Of a stretch of 64,000 nucleotides of DNA, positions 15,452 through 28,821 are shown piece after piece. This DNA is from Eledone cirrhosa (Eukaryota). A program made the position numbers and the translations under genes. A model generated the notes under the pieces. The model searched no databases. It was given only the letters and a program-made list of their open reading frames with translations, and had not been told where the DNA came from. The stretch lies in assembly GCA_964016885.1 (NCBI GenBank), contig OZ024741.1, forward strand, positions 331,204,001-331,268,000, in the 5' to 3' direction. How positions within the stretch are numbered: position 1 is the first letter of the stretch; the number at the start of each line of letters is the position of its first letter.

Positions 15452-15529
15452 ACTATCTATCTATACTATCTATCTATACTATCTATCTATACTATCTATC
15501 GAGGAAGCCTGCGCAGTGCACACTACATG

Positions 15530-16150
15530 AAAATGGAGTTCCACTGAAGCAGGTAGAGAAGTTCAAGTATCTTAAGACCCTGTTCATGAGTGATGGACAG
15601 CAGGAGGCTGAATTAAGTGCAAGAATTGCAGGAGCTGGTGCAGTAATGTGCCAGCTTCAGCATTCAGTAATCAGAAGAAGGGAGGTTGGTGTAAAAGCCA
15701 AACTCGCTAAATTCAATTCAGTATTTGTACCAACCCTTACCTATGGTCATGAATCTTGGGTAATGACCAAAAGAATAGAATCATGAATACAAGTGGCTGA
15801 AATGGGGTTCCTCCGAAGGGTCTTTGGAGAAGCATTACTCAATAGTGTGTGTAGTCTAGAGATCAGAGAGTCAGTCTAGGTAAAGCCACTACTTCTCTGA
15901 ATTGAGAGACCACAGCTCACCTCCAATACTATAGGTATGTGGTTAGAATGTCTCAGGAAAGAATCGCTGGACAGATTTTATGGGCAAAACAGTCAAGCAG
16001 GAGACCCAGGGGTAGACCCCAAGAAAGATGAGCTTGGCTGGTCTCACTTGAGGATCCAGCTGGATCAGGTGGAGTTGGTTGCTTCTGACAGGACCCATTG
16101 GAGGGAGTCCTTGCAGACTCTGTCCCCACAACACTCTCTCAGGAATAAGT
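15530..16150 (+). pseudogene. Old RTE (Expander/Rex3-like) C-terminal fragment
   Basis: LKQVEKFKYL, PTLTYGHESWVMT and DRTHWR remnants with stops. Confidence 0.75.
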
Positions 16151-16699
16151 GGGCGAACATTATTAATATTCAGTTTGTTTTTAAGTAATCAGCCTCATAA
16201 AACACCATGTTGTCGATGACAATGTCATCCTTTTGTTCCAGCAGTAGCGGAGAGAAAACAATTGACAATTGTTTTGAAGTGCACTGCTCCATGTCAAGAT
16301 TGTGTATTCTCCTCACTTGCTACCTGCTGGAACTGCTGTGAATACATATTTTTTTATGAGGCTATTTACTTGTAACAAACCGAATATTAATAATTGTTTC
16401 TACTTTTGGCACAAGGCCAGCAATTATCCCAGTGTATTACTGGTACTTTATTTTATCGACCCCGTAAGGATGAAAGGCAAAGTTAACCGAATATTAATGT
16501 TATGATATTATTATAGTATTATTATTATTCACTCACGAATACATACAGTGCCCCAGCATGGCCTCAGCCGGGTGGCTGGAACACGTAAAAGAATAAAAGA
16601 GTATATATATATATACATATATATATATATAAATGAAGTATTTCCGTAGGAAATGAAAGAATTATTTTATGTTGTTTATTACATAACTATATATATATA

Positions 16700-16968
16700 T
16701 GTGGGTATGGTGTGGCGTGCGGTGGCCGGAAGCTGGGGAGTGCTCGACCAGAAGAGTACTTGACCGGAAGGGTGCTTGGCCGGAAGGGTGCTCGACCGGA
16801 AGGGCCAGCAGATCGGCCTCTCTTTAGTGGTGACCAGGAATGGTGTGGGCGCGAGTTTTGGCAGCTCCCGGTGTTAATGAGTTGGACGCACGTGGAAGAG
16901 GAGAAACCAGCAATGGGATTTAGCAGCGCCTATGAAAAGCGGTAAGTGACATAGCTTTTCTAGCCACA
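16700..16968 (+). repeat. 5' LTR
   Basis: TGTGGGTATGG...TAGCCACA; aligns with 20625-20878. Confidence 0.93.
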
Positions 16969-17104
16969 AGCTATTTCGGCACTGGAAACTGAGATCTGAT
17001 TGAAAAAAAAAAAAAAAAACTTTCTCGAAAACAAAGCTACTGGAAAAACAGAGAGGAGACTGTTGTTTTTTTTTTTTATCACGTACCGCAAGATAAATTA
17101 GGAT

Positions 17105-17863
17105 ATGGCGACGAGACTACGAACGAGTGAAGTGATTAGGGCATTTACCGGTGGAGGCGATATTGTCGCTTGGCTGCGAAAAGTCCGGCTGGTCGCAAGC
17201 TTACAGAAGATAGATGTGGCTGGCCTCATGGCACTGTACCTCGAGGGGGACGCGTTGGTACTCTTCCTTGAGTTGAATGAACACAGCCAAAGAGATGCGC
17301 AAAAGATTGAGAGGCGCATTGATGGAAGCATTCGCAGAGGGACCGTTAGCCGCTTTTGCTAAGCTGGCAAGAATTAGATGGAACGGTGAACGTGTGGACA
17401 TTTTCGCAGCGGAAATACGGCGATTGGCCATGTTGGCTGGATATCAGGTGGAATGCGAACGCACGGTGCGGTTGGCGTTCATAAATGGATTTCCAGACGA
17501 CATAGCAGTGAAACTGCAGCAAGTCCCGGGTTACAAAGAAATGGAAATGCGTTCACTGGTGGAACAAGCCAGGATCATAGCAGAAGATGCCAAGAAGAGT
17601 GTCGCGGCGATAGCAACTACAGAGGCTCAAGACAGCTGGCAGCGAAATGGTGAAAGGGAGGCAACCACGGCGCGCGGTCGCCCGCGAACGTTTAGAGGTC
17701 GCTGTTTTAGGTGCCAGGGCCCGCACATGGCTAGAGACTGTAGAGAGTCAAGGCCGGAAATAATATGCTACCGGTGTAAGCGACCAGGCCACATCGCTAC
17801 TAACTGCGACCAGGGAAACGATCCAAGGGGAACTACTGCGCCGGTAGTTGCCCTTACGAGTAG
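17105..17863 (+). pseudogene. gag: Gag with two zinc knuckles (frameshifted)
   Basis: ORFs starting at 17105 and 17277; CFRCQGPHMARDC and CYRCKRPGHIATNC. Confidence 0.88.
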
Positions 17864-20611
17864 AGGCGCTGCCCGTGGTGGAAGTCTTCGTGAGGGGAAA
17901 GCCACAGCGAACCCTCGTGGACACGGGCTGTACGACGACACTGGTGACTGCGGGGGTGGCGCAGAGGTGGAGAGGGAAGAGCAGCATAAGGGCAGTCGAC
18001 GGCAGGAAAATTGAATGCCGAGGTCGCAGCGAGGTGGAGATAGCGGTACGGGGAAGGAAAATAAGGCTTTCTGCCATCGTAGTTGACAACGTGGTGGATG
18101 GGATCGGCGTGGTTATGGGCATGGACGCAATTGGCCGTCTAGGAGGCGTCACAGTGAACAACGTCGGTGTGTCGTTTGGCGGCGCTGCATCGGTATGCGC
18201 TGTGAGTACGTGACAGGAGAACCAGAAGGCCCACGAGGAGAAATACCCCGCTTACACTGTGCAGGACAATGACTTCAAGGCCGTGTTCGATGGGCAGCGA
18301 TGGGTTGTTGAGTGGTACTAGAAGGGAGAACCACCAACACTGAAGACCAAAGTGGGCTGCTATCAACACACATTGAAGGGAAACATTAGGAGCGAGTGGT
18401 AGAGAGATGGATTGATGAGGGCATACTGCTTCCCTGGAAAGAGGAGGTGAAGTGCGGAGTATTACCGTTAATGGCGGTGGCACAACCCACGAAGAACAAG
18501 GTGAGGCCGGTGCTGGACTTTCGGGAGCTGAAAGAGCACATATCATGCCACATGGGTGGCGAGGTCACGGATGTCTCTGGGGAAAGCCTGCGTGAGTGGA
18601 GACACATGACGGGGGTTCAGCAATCGTAGATCTAAAGTCGGCATACTTGCAATTGCATATAGATGAGAAACTCTGGCAGTATCAGCTGGTCAGGTATAAG
18701 GGCTGGACATATTGCCTGACCAGGCTCGGTTTCAGGCTGAGCTCCGCACCGACGATCATGCCGGCGGTCCTCAAGACCATTCTGGGAAAGGCCGACAAGA
18801 TGAAGAGGGCCACTAACTCCTACATTGACGACATCCTAGTGGACGAGTCTGTGGTGTTGGCAGCGGAGGTCACGAGCCATTTACAGGGGTATGGACTGGC
18901 TGCAAAGCCGTCAGAAGCGTTGGAGGGAGGAGCCGCGCTGGGACTTAGGCTACGGCGAGACAGGACGGGCGTCTTGGTATTCCAGAGGAGAAATGAAGCT
19001 CCAGAACTGGCCCAAGTATGAGTAGGCGGGAGCTTTGCTCGGTGTGTGGAAAGTTGGTGGGTCACTACACGATTGCTGGGTGGCTCCGGACGGCATGCAG
19101 CTATGTCAAGAGATGAGCGGGAGGGGTGACAGAGTGGGAGAGAGGACGGTGGCCATGATGCAGGAGATCGTGGGGAGGGTGAAGGCCGACGACCCAGTGC
19201 GGGGACGCTGGTATGTTCTCAAATCGCAGAGCGGGACCGTATGGAGCGATGCCAGCAGCATAGCGCTGGGTGTTACGTTGGAGATAGGAGGTGCTGAGGT
19301 CGAGGATGCAGCCTGGCTTAGGAATGTGGCCAAACTGGACGCAGTGTTGAGAGGGGTGAACCTCGCCCTGAGGTGGGGACTGTGCACCATCGAGATACGC
19401 ACCGACTCGGCTACTGTACTCGGATGGGTGAGATCAGTGCTCACCAGTGAGAAGAGAGTGCGAACGAGAGGGGCGGCGGAGATGCTGATAAAGCGCCGCC
19501 TGGGAACTTTAGGAGAGCTGGCCACCGAGTTTGACCTGAGGCTGAGCGTAGTTTTCGTGCCATCAAAGAAAAATAGAGCGGACGTCTTAACTAGGGTGAA
19601 GAAAGCCTGGATGGAAGCGCCGGGGGATGTAGAAGAGGAGATAGCTGCCGTGTGTCGGCTGACCGAGTCGGATCTGAAAGGGTTGCATGACATGCACCAC
19701 ATGGGAGTGGATAGGACTCTGTTCCTAGCCAGGAGAATCGACTCGGACGTTAACAGACACAGTGGTGGTTAGAGGCTGCGTCCGATGTCAGTCCATTGAT
19801 CCCGCCCCGGGTGTACATGAAACGAGAAGCCTTCTGGTGGATCGCGACTGGAAGCGATTGGCAGTGGATGTAACACACTACCGACAGGGAACGTACCTCT
19901 TGATGGTCGATTGTGGACCAGGACGAATGGCGATATGGAAGGAGATGAAGACTGGAACAGCCGAGGAAATCATGCGGACGTTGAGAGAGGTTTTTCTTGG
20001 AGCGGGGCCCTGTGGATGAACTGCTGATGGACAACAGCGCAGCGTTCCGCTCGGAGGCGCTGAGGGAGATGCTCGATGGATGGAAGGTGGACCGTTTCTT
20101 CAGAGCAGCGCACAGGCCGAGCGGGAATGGAATTGTGGAGCGACATCACCGGACGATCAAGGCAATGGCGGAGCGGGGCCATATCTCACCAATGGAGGCA
20201 GTGTTCTGGTACAACATGTCCCCTCGGGTGGGACAGGTTGAGGAATCGGTGCCACACAGAGCAGTATTCAGATACGAGTGGCGGCACCCGTGCATGCCAC
20301 CACAACGGCCAGTGGGGAGAGAGAGTGCATTCGTACATGTGGGCGAAGAAGTCTGGGTTAAGCCCCCAGATGCACGTTGCACATCTCAATGGGGAACGGT
20401 GACGCCCGTAAATTCCCAGAACAATGTGTCCGTGGACGGAGTACCACGTCATGTCCTGGATGTCCGTAGAATCACTGTGTCAATGGACTCCGAGGAAGAG
20501 GAAACCCAAAGTGCCGCCCCAACACTGCGGAGATCGCAAAGAAGTCGCAAACCACCAACCTGGACAGCAGACTTTCATATGCAGAAGGACGAGGGGGAAA
20601 TTGATCCTTGA
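17848..20611 (+). pseudogene. pol: Pol: aspartic protease, RT, RNase H and integrase, broken by stops and frameshifts
   Basis: LVDTG; RPVLDFRELK; VDLKSAYLQ; YIDD (18821-18832); WSDAS and IRTDS; HDMHH...CVRC; LAVD, MDNS and NGIVERHHR. Confidence 0.92.
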
Positions 20612-20624
20612 GATCAGGGGGGTG

Positions 20625-20875
20625 TGTGGGTATGGTGTGGCGTGCGGTGGCCGGAAGCTGGGGAGTGCTCGACCGGAAGAGTGCTTGACCGGAAGGGTGC
20701 TTGACCGGAAGGGCCAGCAGATCGGCCTCTCTCTAGTGGTGACCAGGAACGGTGTGGACGCAAGTTTTGGCAGCTCCCTGTGTTAATGAGTTGGACGCAC
20801 ATATAAGAGGAGAAACCAGCAATGGGATTTAGTGGTGCCTATGAAAAGCGGTAAGTGAGATAGCTTTTTCTAACC

Positions 20876-20878
<3 letters not shown>
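20625..20878 (+). repeat. 3' LTR
   Basis: TGTGGGTATGG...TAACCACA, preceded by the PPT. Confidence 0.93.
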
Positions 20879-20908
<30 letters not shown>

Positions 20909-20937
20909 GTATCATCGTTTAACTTCTGCTTTCCATA

Positions 20938-20976
<39 letters not shown>

Positions 20977-21051
20977 TTCCATTTATTAATATTGTATATA
21001 TATTATATATATATATGTATATATATATACATACATATATATATATATATG

Positions 21052-21177
<126 letters not shown>

Positions 21178-21319
21178 AAGAGAGAGATGATAGACACAGC
21201 AACAATATGAATACATAGACAAGTATTTATTGGTGCTGTTGAAGTAAGATATCACATCCTCATTTACATAAGTACATTTTTACATATACTTAATATCAAT
21301 AGATGCACTCATATATATA

Positions 21320-24300
21320 TGTTTAAACACAATCCACTAGCCCCAACAAACTCTGCCATTACTACTACTACTACTACTGTTCTTCTAGCCCTTATCAGCC
21401 CCAACAAACTCTGCCATTACTACTATTGTCCTTCTAGCCCTGCACTACATAATTCTTTTACCGTTATGTATGGATGAGCTGAGGATAAATGGAACAACCC
21501 CAAATTAATAAATGAATATGAATCTGCGAGTTACCAAGCACCCATGCGAAGCTTTAATTCAGAGACAGATAGCATACACACCCTACCGCAAAATTTCATC
21601 CTCTCCCACAAATGATGGCAAGTGCCCAAAACTCCGAGCTGGAACCATCAATGTAAGTACAATGAAAGGAAGAACAGGAGAAATAATAGAGATGCTAGAG
21701 TGAAAGGAAATTGATGTATGCTGTGTTCAAGAGACTAGATGGAGAGGAGGGTCTACTAGACTCCGTGTAGGCAAAAATCAGTGCTAAAAATTTTTCTGGG
21801 TGGGAAATGACAATGGGATGGATGGTGTAGGTATGGGAGATACTGGCAAATGGGTAGATAAGGTAATCTTAGGGAATGGGGTGAACGCAAGAATCATTAA
21901 ACTCAGACTAGTCCTGAATAAAATAATTGCCACAATCCTATCAGCTTACGCACCCCAATCGGGGTTGCCAGACAAACTTAAGGATAGGTTTTATGAGTCC
22001 TTAATACACACCACTGCCCTAACAAATGAAAATGACTTCCTAATCATTGCAGGAGACATTGGCAAACACCGTAACAGCTTCTATAGAGTCCATGGAGGCT
22101 ATGGGTTTGGCACAAGAAATGAAGAAAGCTTCAGGCTTCTAGAATTCTGCGACCCCAATGACATGTCGATATGTAACACAAACTTAAAAAAACCTGACAA
22201 CCATCTGATCACCTATAGATCTGGGGAACATTCTAGTCAGATAGATTTTATCTTCATCAGAGGACGAGATAGTTGGATGGTTGTAAACACAAAAGCCTTC
22301 CCTAGGGCGGAATGTACCTCCCAACATAACTTAGTTGTCAGTGACCTCATTGTTAGAACTAGAAAAACTTGGAAACAGAAGGCAACCTGGAAAAGAAAGA
22401 TCTGGAAGCTGAAAGACCCCTCAGCCAGTAACAGATTTAAAGGTATCTTACTCGACGCCTATGACAGTAGAGAAGAACAGATAGAGACATTCAATGTAGA
22501 AGAGCATTGGGAGTTCCTAAAAAATAATTTACTAAAGGCGACAGATGAGATCTGTGGTTGGAGCAAGACCACAGGGAGGAGGAGAGTGACTTGGTGGTGG
22601 AACAATAAGGTAGATAAGGCAATTAAGGCTAAGAGACAGGCATGGAAAGAATGGAAGAAGTGGGGAAGCAGGGTACATTACATAGAGACCAGGAGGGAAG
22701 CTAGGCGACAAGTATACTTAGCTAGAAGGGAAGCGGAAGATAGAAAATTCAAGCATGTTCTGCTACGTGAAGACCAGAAACAGGAGGTATTCAGGATTGT
22801 GAAGCAGTGTGTTAGAGAGAATTGTGATGTTATTGGAGAGAAGTGTATCCAGAAGGATAAAGGTGAGCTTGCCCTCACAAATGCTGAAAAGAAAGATGTG
22901 TGGAAGAGCCATTATGAAAGATTATTAAATGAGGAGAATGCATGGGAGAAAGAGACCCTACCCCATGTGGACCCTATAGAGAAGCCAGCAGTACAAGTCA
23001 GCAGCAACGTAGTAAGTAAGGCAATTAAAGATATGAAGACTGGGAAGGCAATCGGTCCATCGGGTATAGCTGCCGAGATGATGAAAGCATCTGGGTCGGT
23101 AGGTCACACCATAACCACACGTATTGTTAACCAGGTAATACTAGAGGGTGTTATACCAAAGGATTGCTGCAGCAGCATCATTGTCAACTGCTACAAGGGT
23201 AAAGGTGATGCACTAGATAGAGGAAATTATAGAGGTATGAAGCTGATGTACCAGGTCATGAAAGTAACGGAAAGAGTTATAGCACAGTTGATTAGGGACC
23301 GGGTAAAACTAGGTGAGATGCAATTTGGGTTTGTGCCAGGAAAAGGCACCACTGATGCCCTCTTCCTTGTGAGGCAGTTACAGGAAAAGTACCTAACTAA
23401 AAGTAAGCTGCTCTACCTGGCATTTGTCGATCTGGAAGAAGCCTCCGACAGAGTGCCCCATGCTATAATCTGGTGGGCTCTTAGAAAACTAGGAGTAGAT
23501 GAATGGCTTGTAAAAGCTGTACAAGCTATGTATAGGGGAGCAGTCAGCAAAGATAGGGTTAGCAATGACTATAGCAAGGAATTTAGCATACAGGTTGGTG
23601 TCCACCAGGGCTCTGTTCTTAGCCCTCTCATGTCATTATGGTATTGCAGACAATAACAGAGGAGTTTAAGACCGGATGCCCATGGGAACTCCTGTATGTG
23701 GATGGTCTCACACTTATAGCTGAATCTATGGTGGAACTAGAGAACAAATTCCAAACATGGAAGCAGGGACTAGAAAGAAAGGGTCTCAAAGTCAACCTGA
23801 CAAAGACTAAGGTCCTCATAAGTAGACGAGAAAACAGAACCCAGATCCCCTCAGCGAAATGGCCTTGCTCAGTATGTAGGAAAGGTGTAGGTAGGAACTC
23901 CATCCTCTGCCCCAAATGCAAACAATGGGAACACAAGAGATGTAGTGGGATCTCAGGAAGCTTAGCTAAGAATGTAGGCTTTACATGTAGCAGCTGTGCC
24001 AGGACAGCAAGCAGCAAACAGCCACAGAAAACAAGCACCACCAAACTCTGGGAGGGCTCTGTAAAAACAGTAGACAGCTTTTGCTACCTAGGTGACCGAA
24101 TTAACAGTGGAGGTGGGTGTTCGGAAAGTACAGTAACCAGGGTAAGAATGAGATGAAGAAGTTCAGTGAGCTACTGCCACTGTTAGCTGCAAAAGGCTTT
24201 TCCCTCAAAACGAAAGGGAGACTGTATGATGCGTGCATACGAACAGCAATGCTACATGGTAGTGAGACCTGGGCGTTTTGTGTAGAAGACTTGCGTAGAT

Positions 24301-24919
24301 TAGAAAGAAACAAAGCTTGCATGCTCCGATGGATGTGTAACAGTAATATACATGTATGGCAAAGCATAAACGAATTGAGAGAGAGACTGAGCAAATGCTA
24401 AGAGGAATCAAATGTTGTGTGCAGGAGAGGAGGTAGTGTTGGTATGGACATGTGATGCGTATGCAGGATGACAGCTACATAAAAAGGTGCAGAGCACTAG
24501 AAGCCGATGGAAGCCGGGGAGACCTAAGAAGACCTGGGATGAGGTGATAAAAGCTGATCTTCCCCAATTGCACCTCTCAAAGCCAATGACACAGGACCGT
24601 GACCTCTGATGTCATACAGTAATACAGAAGACCAGACTTCCCATGGGTACATATAGACAATATGCCACCATCCCCTCCCACGGCAAAAAAGCACCCAGCC
24701 CACACTGTAAAGTGGTGTAGGCGCCACGGAAAAAAAGCACCCAGCACTCACTGTAAATGGGGTTGGTGTTGGGAAGGGCATGCAGCTGTAGAAATTAAGC
24801 CAGAATCAGTTCCTGTATGAGCAAGACAAGGTCAGCCGACCGGGCACTGCCCACAACAGGACAACCCATCTAAGCCATGCTGGCGTGGAAGAAACGATTA
24901 TGATGATGATGATGATGAT
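21320..24919 (+). mobile_element. RTE-clade LINE, subfamily D, near full length (APE + RT + PHD), decayed
   Basis: LRAGTINVSTMKGR and VCCVQETRW (APE start, ~21630-21745), SAYAPQ, IDFIF, SQHNLV, RT motifs, C4HC3 at 23866-23997, 3' UTR and (GAT)n tail. The 5' boundary is approximate. Confidence 0.92.
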
Positions 24920-25125
24920 CCATACATATCAGAATGGATGCAGTAAAAACCAGTTAGACCATTACATACACACACACACATATATATATTTATATATATA
25001 TATATATATATATTTATCCCAGTGTAATAAAGTACCAGTAATACACTGAAATAATTGCTGGCCTTGTGCCAAAAGTAGAAACAATTATTATTATTATTAT
25101 TATATATATATATATGTATAAACAT

Positions 25126-27112
25126 ATCATCATCATCATCATAATCGTTTAACTTCTATCTTCCACGCTAACATGGGTTTAGATGGGAATTGTCCCACTT
25201 GAGGCAAGATTGGTTGTCTTGCCCGTATAGGACTGTCTGGTGGGTTTTCTACAGCTGGATGCCCTTCTTAACACCAACCACGTTTACAGTGTGAACTGGG
25301 AGGTTTTACCGTGTTACCTACATGCCCACATTACAGTGTGGACTGTGTGTTTTTTTGTCATGACACCTACACGACCTCATAACTTTACAGAGAAAGGGGT
25401 GGTGTAGATGGGGGTGGGGGTAGTGGGATGGGGGTATATTTTTGGTTAGGAGGTGCCTACTGACTGTAGGTTTCGCTTTGTACTTAGGCAGGCGGGTCTT
25501 CTGTATTACTGCGTAGCGCCAAAGATCTCGGTCCAGTGACATTGTCTTGGAGAAGTGTAAGTGTGAAGGTCGGAATTTATCAAATCATCTCAGGTTTTTC
25601 TGGGTCTGCCTACTCCGTAGCTTCCATTTATTTTGATCGTCCTGCACTTTTTTATACAGCTGTCGTCTTTCATGTGCATCACGTGACCATACCAACGTAG
25701 TCTTCTCTCGAGTAAACAGCATCTGATCCCTCTTATTCCTAATTTCTCACTTAGTTCATTTATGCTTTGCCGTTCACGTATATTACTATTACACATCCAA
25801 CGGAGCATGCAAGCTTCGTTCCTCTCCAGTCTGCGCAGATCCTCTGCACATGATGCCCATCTCTCACTGCCATGTAACATTGCTGTTCGTATGCGGGCAT
25901 CATACAGCCTGCCTTTCATTTTTAGAGAGAAACCTTTTCTGGCCAATAGTGGTATAAGCTCTCTGAACTTTTTCCATCCCGTTCTGACTCTAGCTACTGT
26001 ACTTTCAGAGCACCCTCCCCCACTGCTGATTTTGTCACCCAGGTAACGGAAGCTGTCCACTATTTCTATAGAACCATCTGGGCAATGGAAGGAGCTAGTA
26101 TCCTGTGGGCACTTGCTGCTACATATTGCACCTGAGCACCGGCTACATATAAAATCTATGTTCTTAATTAGCTTACCTGTGATCCCACTACATCTTTTAT
26201 GCACCCATACTTTGCATTTGGAACATAAAATGGAGTTTCTGCCTACTCCTTTCCTACACACTGAGCATGGCCATTTCCCAGAGAGGACCAGTGCCCTATT
26301 TTCCTTCCTACATACTAGAACTTTAGTCTTAGACAAGTTAATTTAAGGCCTTTTGATTTTAGGCCATGCTTCCATGTTTGAAATTTCTTCTCTAGTTCAG
26401 CCATTGATTCAGCTATGAGCATTAGATCATCTGCGTATAGAAGTTCCCATGGGCAGCCGGTCTTGAACTCCTCTGTTATAGCCTGAAGGGCAATAATAAA
26501 TAGGAGGGGGCTAAGGACAGAGCTCTGATGAACACCAACTTTTACGCTAAACTCTTCACTATATTCGTTGTTAATTTTAACCTTGCTGACTGTTTCTTTA
26601 TACATGGCTTGTATAACTCTCACGAGCCATTCATCAAAGCCTAGTTTTCTAAGAGCCCACCAGATAATGGAGCGGGGGACTCTGTCAAAGGCTTTCTCCA
26701 AGTCAACAAAAGCTAAGTATAGGGGTTTACTTTTAGCTAGGTACTTCTCCTGTAGTTGTCGTACAAGGAAAAGAGCGTCTGTGGTACTTTTACCTGACAC
26801 AAACCCAAACTGCATTTCATCTAGATCAATTCGCTCTCTGATTAGTTGCGCTATAACTTTTTCTGTGACCTTCATGACCTGGTCAATTAATTTAATGCCT
26901 CTATAGTTTCCCCTATCTAGGACATCTCCTTTACCCTTGTAGCAGTTAATGATGATGCTGCTACGCCAGTCATTTGGTATGACCCCATTCTGCATGACTT
27001 TCAGCATTTCAGCAACTATCTCTGAAGGCCCAGCTGCTTTGCCTGTCTTCATATCTTTGATTGCCTTACTTATTATACTACCATCAACTTGCACTGCTGG
27101 TCCCTCTATTGG

Positions 27113-27117
<5 letters not shown>
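25126..27117 (-). mobile_element. RTE-clade LINE, subfamily A-like, 5'-truncated
   Basis: ORFs 27199-26315 and 26336-25590 with DLEKAFD, YADD and C4HC3 (26267-26136); tail at 25126. Confidence 0.92.
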
Positions 27118-27158
<41 letters not shown>

Positions 27159-27837
27159 ATATAACAAAGTGCAGGGCAATAAAGATAGACGGTAGCCACG
27201 GAGTAGGCAGACCCAGAAAAACATGGGACGAGCTGATAAATTCCGACCTCACACGCTTACACCTCTCCAAGACAATGTCACTGGACCGAGACCTTTGGCG
27301 GTACTCAGTAATAGAGAAGACCCGCCTTACCTAAATACAAAGTAAAAACCTACTACAGTCAGTAGGCATCTCTATCAAAACACACCCCCGTCCCACCACC
27401 TCCACCCCACCGCCCCTTTCAATGTAAAGTTATGTTGGTCCCACAACATCCAGGCCGAAACAAATGAGATCGTGTAGGTGTCACGACAAAAAACACACAG
27501 TCCACGCTGTAAATGTGGCCGTGTAGGCAACACGGTAAAAACATCCCAGCCCCACACTGTAAATGTGGTTGGTGTTAGGAAGGGCATCCAGCTGTAGAAA
27601 ACCCGCCAGACAGTCCACGCTGTAATGTGGCCGTGTAGGCAACACGGTAAAAAACTCCCAGCCCCACACTGTAAATGTGGTTGGTGTTAGGAAGGGCATC
27701 CAACTGTAGAAAACCCGCCAGACAGTCCTATGCGAGCAAGACAACCACTCTTGCCTCAAGTGGGAAAACCCCCGTCCAAACCCATGCAAGCGTGGAACAC
27801 GGACGCTAAACCTGATGATGATGATGATGATGATGAT
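27159..27837 (+). mobile_element. RTE subfamily A 3' fragment
   Basis: Nearly identical to 2459-3137, including the 3' UTR tandem duplication. Confidence 0.92.
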
Positions 27838-27865
27838 ATATATATATTTATATATATATATTTAT

Positions 27866-28208
27866 ATCATCATTACAGCGTGGACTGTCTGGCGGGTTTT
27901 CTACAGCTGGATGCCCTTCCTAACACCAACCACATTTACAGTGTGGGGCTGGGAGGTTTTTACCGTGTTGCCTACACGGCCACATTTACAGCGTGGACTG
28001 TGTGTTTTTTTGTCGTGACACCTACACGATCTCATTTGTTTCGGCCTGGATGTTGTGGGACCAACATAACTTTACATTGAAAGGGGCGGTGTGGGTGGGG
28101 TGGAGGTGGTGGGACGGGGGTGTGTTTTGATAGAGATGCCTACTGACTGTAGTAGGTTTTTACTTTGTATTTAGGTAAGGCGGGTCTTCTCTATTACTGA
28201 GTACCGCC

Positions 28209-28211
<3 letters not shown>
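27866..28211 (-). mobile_element. RTE subfamily A 3' UTR fragment, inverted
   Basis: Reverse complement of ~27293-27627 with small differences. Confidence 0.85.
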
Positions 28212-28281
<70 letters not shown>

Positions 28282-28821
28282 ATTGTTTATACTTTTGGCA
28301 CAGGGCCAGCAATTACCCAGTGCATTACTGGTACTTTATTTTATCGAACCCGTAAGGATGAAAGGCAAAGTTAACCTCGGCGGGATTTGAACTCATATCA
28401 TAAAGGGACGTAACTCTCTACCGATACTGCCAATATATAATAATAATAATAATAATATAATAATAATAATAATAATGTTTTCTTTATTGACCACAAGGGT
28501 TTACATAAAGTAGACATTAAGGACAGTAAAGGACGGTACAAATGGGCATTTCTGCATGTAAAAAAAACAGAGGATGTAATAAAAAATAACAATGAAAAAT
28601 TCCTCAATAGGGGGGAGACTTCCGAGGGACATTTGTGGAGAAAGCCCATTAAAAGGCCACAGTGACCCTGACCACCAGGGCAAGTGCCCTCTCCCAGTTT
28701 TCCACCTTTAATTTACAGACACATACTCAGAGTAGGCCCATTCAGAGTAGGCAATCTTCACGATGGACTCAGCTGATAGCTGGATCCGTCCTACACGTGA
28801 CAACAGGTGTTCGACATAAAC

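Larger units (their letters stand above)
16700..20878 (+). mobile_element. Ty3/Gypsy LTR retrotransposon, full length (~4.2 kb), decayed
   Basis: Two similar LTRs with TG...CA ends, domain order gag-PR-RT-RH-IN, G-rich PPT at 20616-20624, inserted in (TA)n with an ATATA flank on each side. Confidence 0.95.

Noticed and set aside
14050-15530. Duplicated gaggaag.ctgcgcagtgcacactacatg with (TATC)n at ~14050-14110 and ~15470-15530 as a long TSD
   Set aside because: More simply two short 3' remnants of one repeat with a (TAGA)n tail; the intervening DNA is not a single element.
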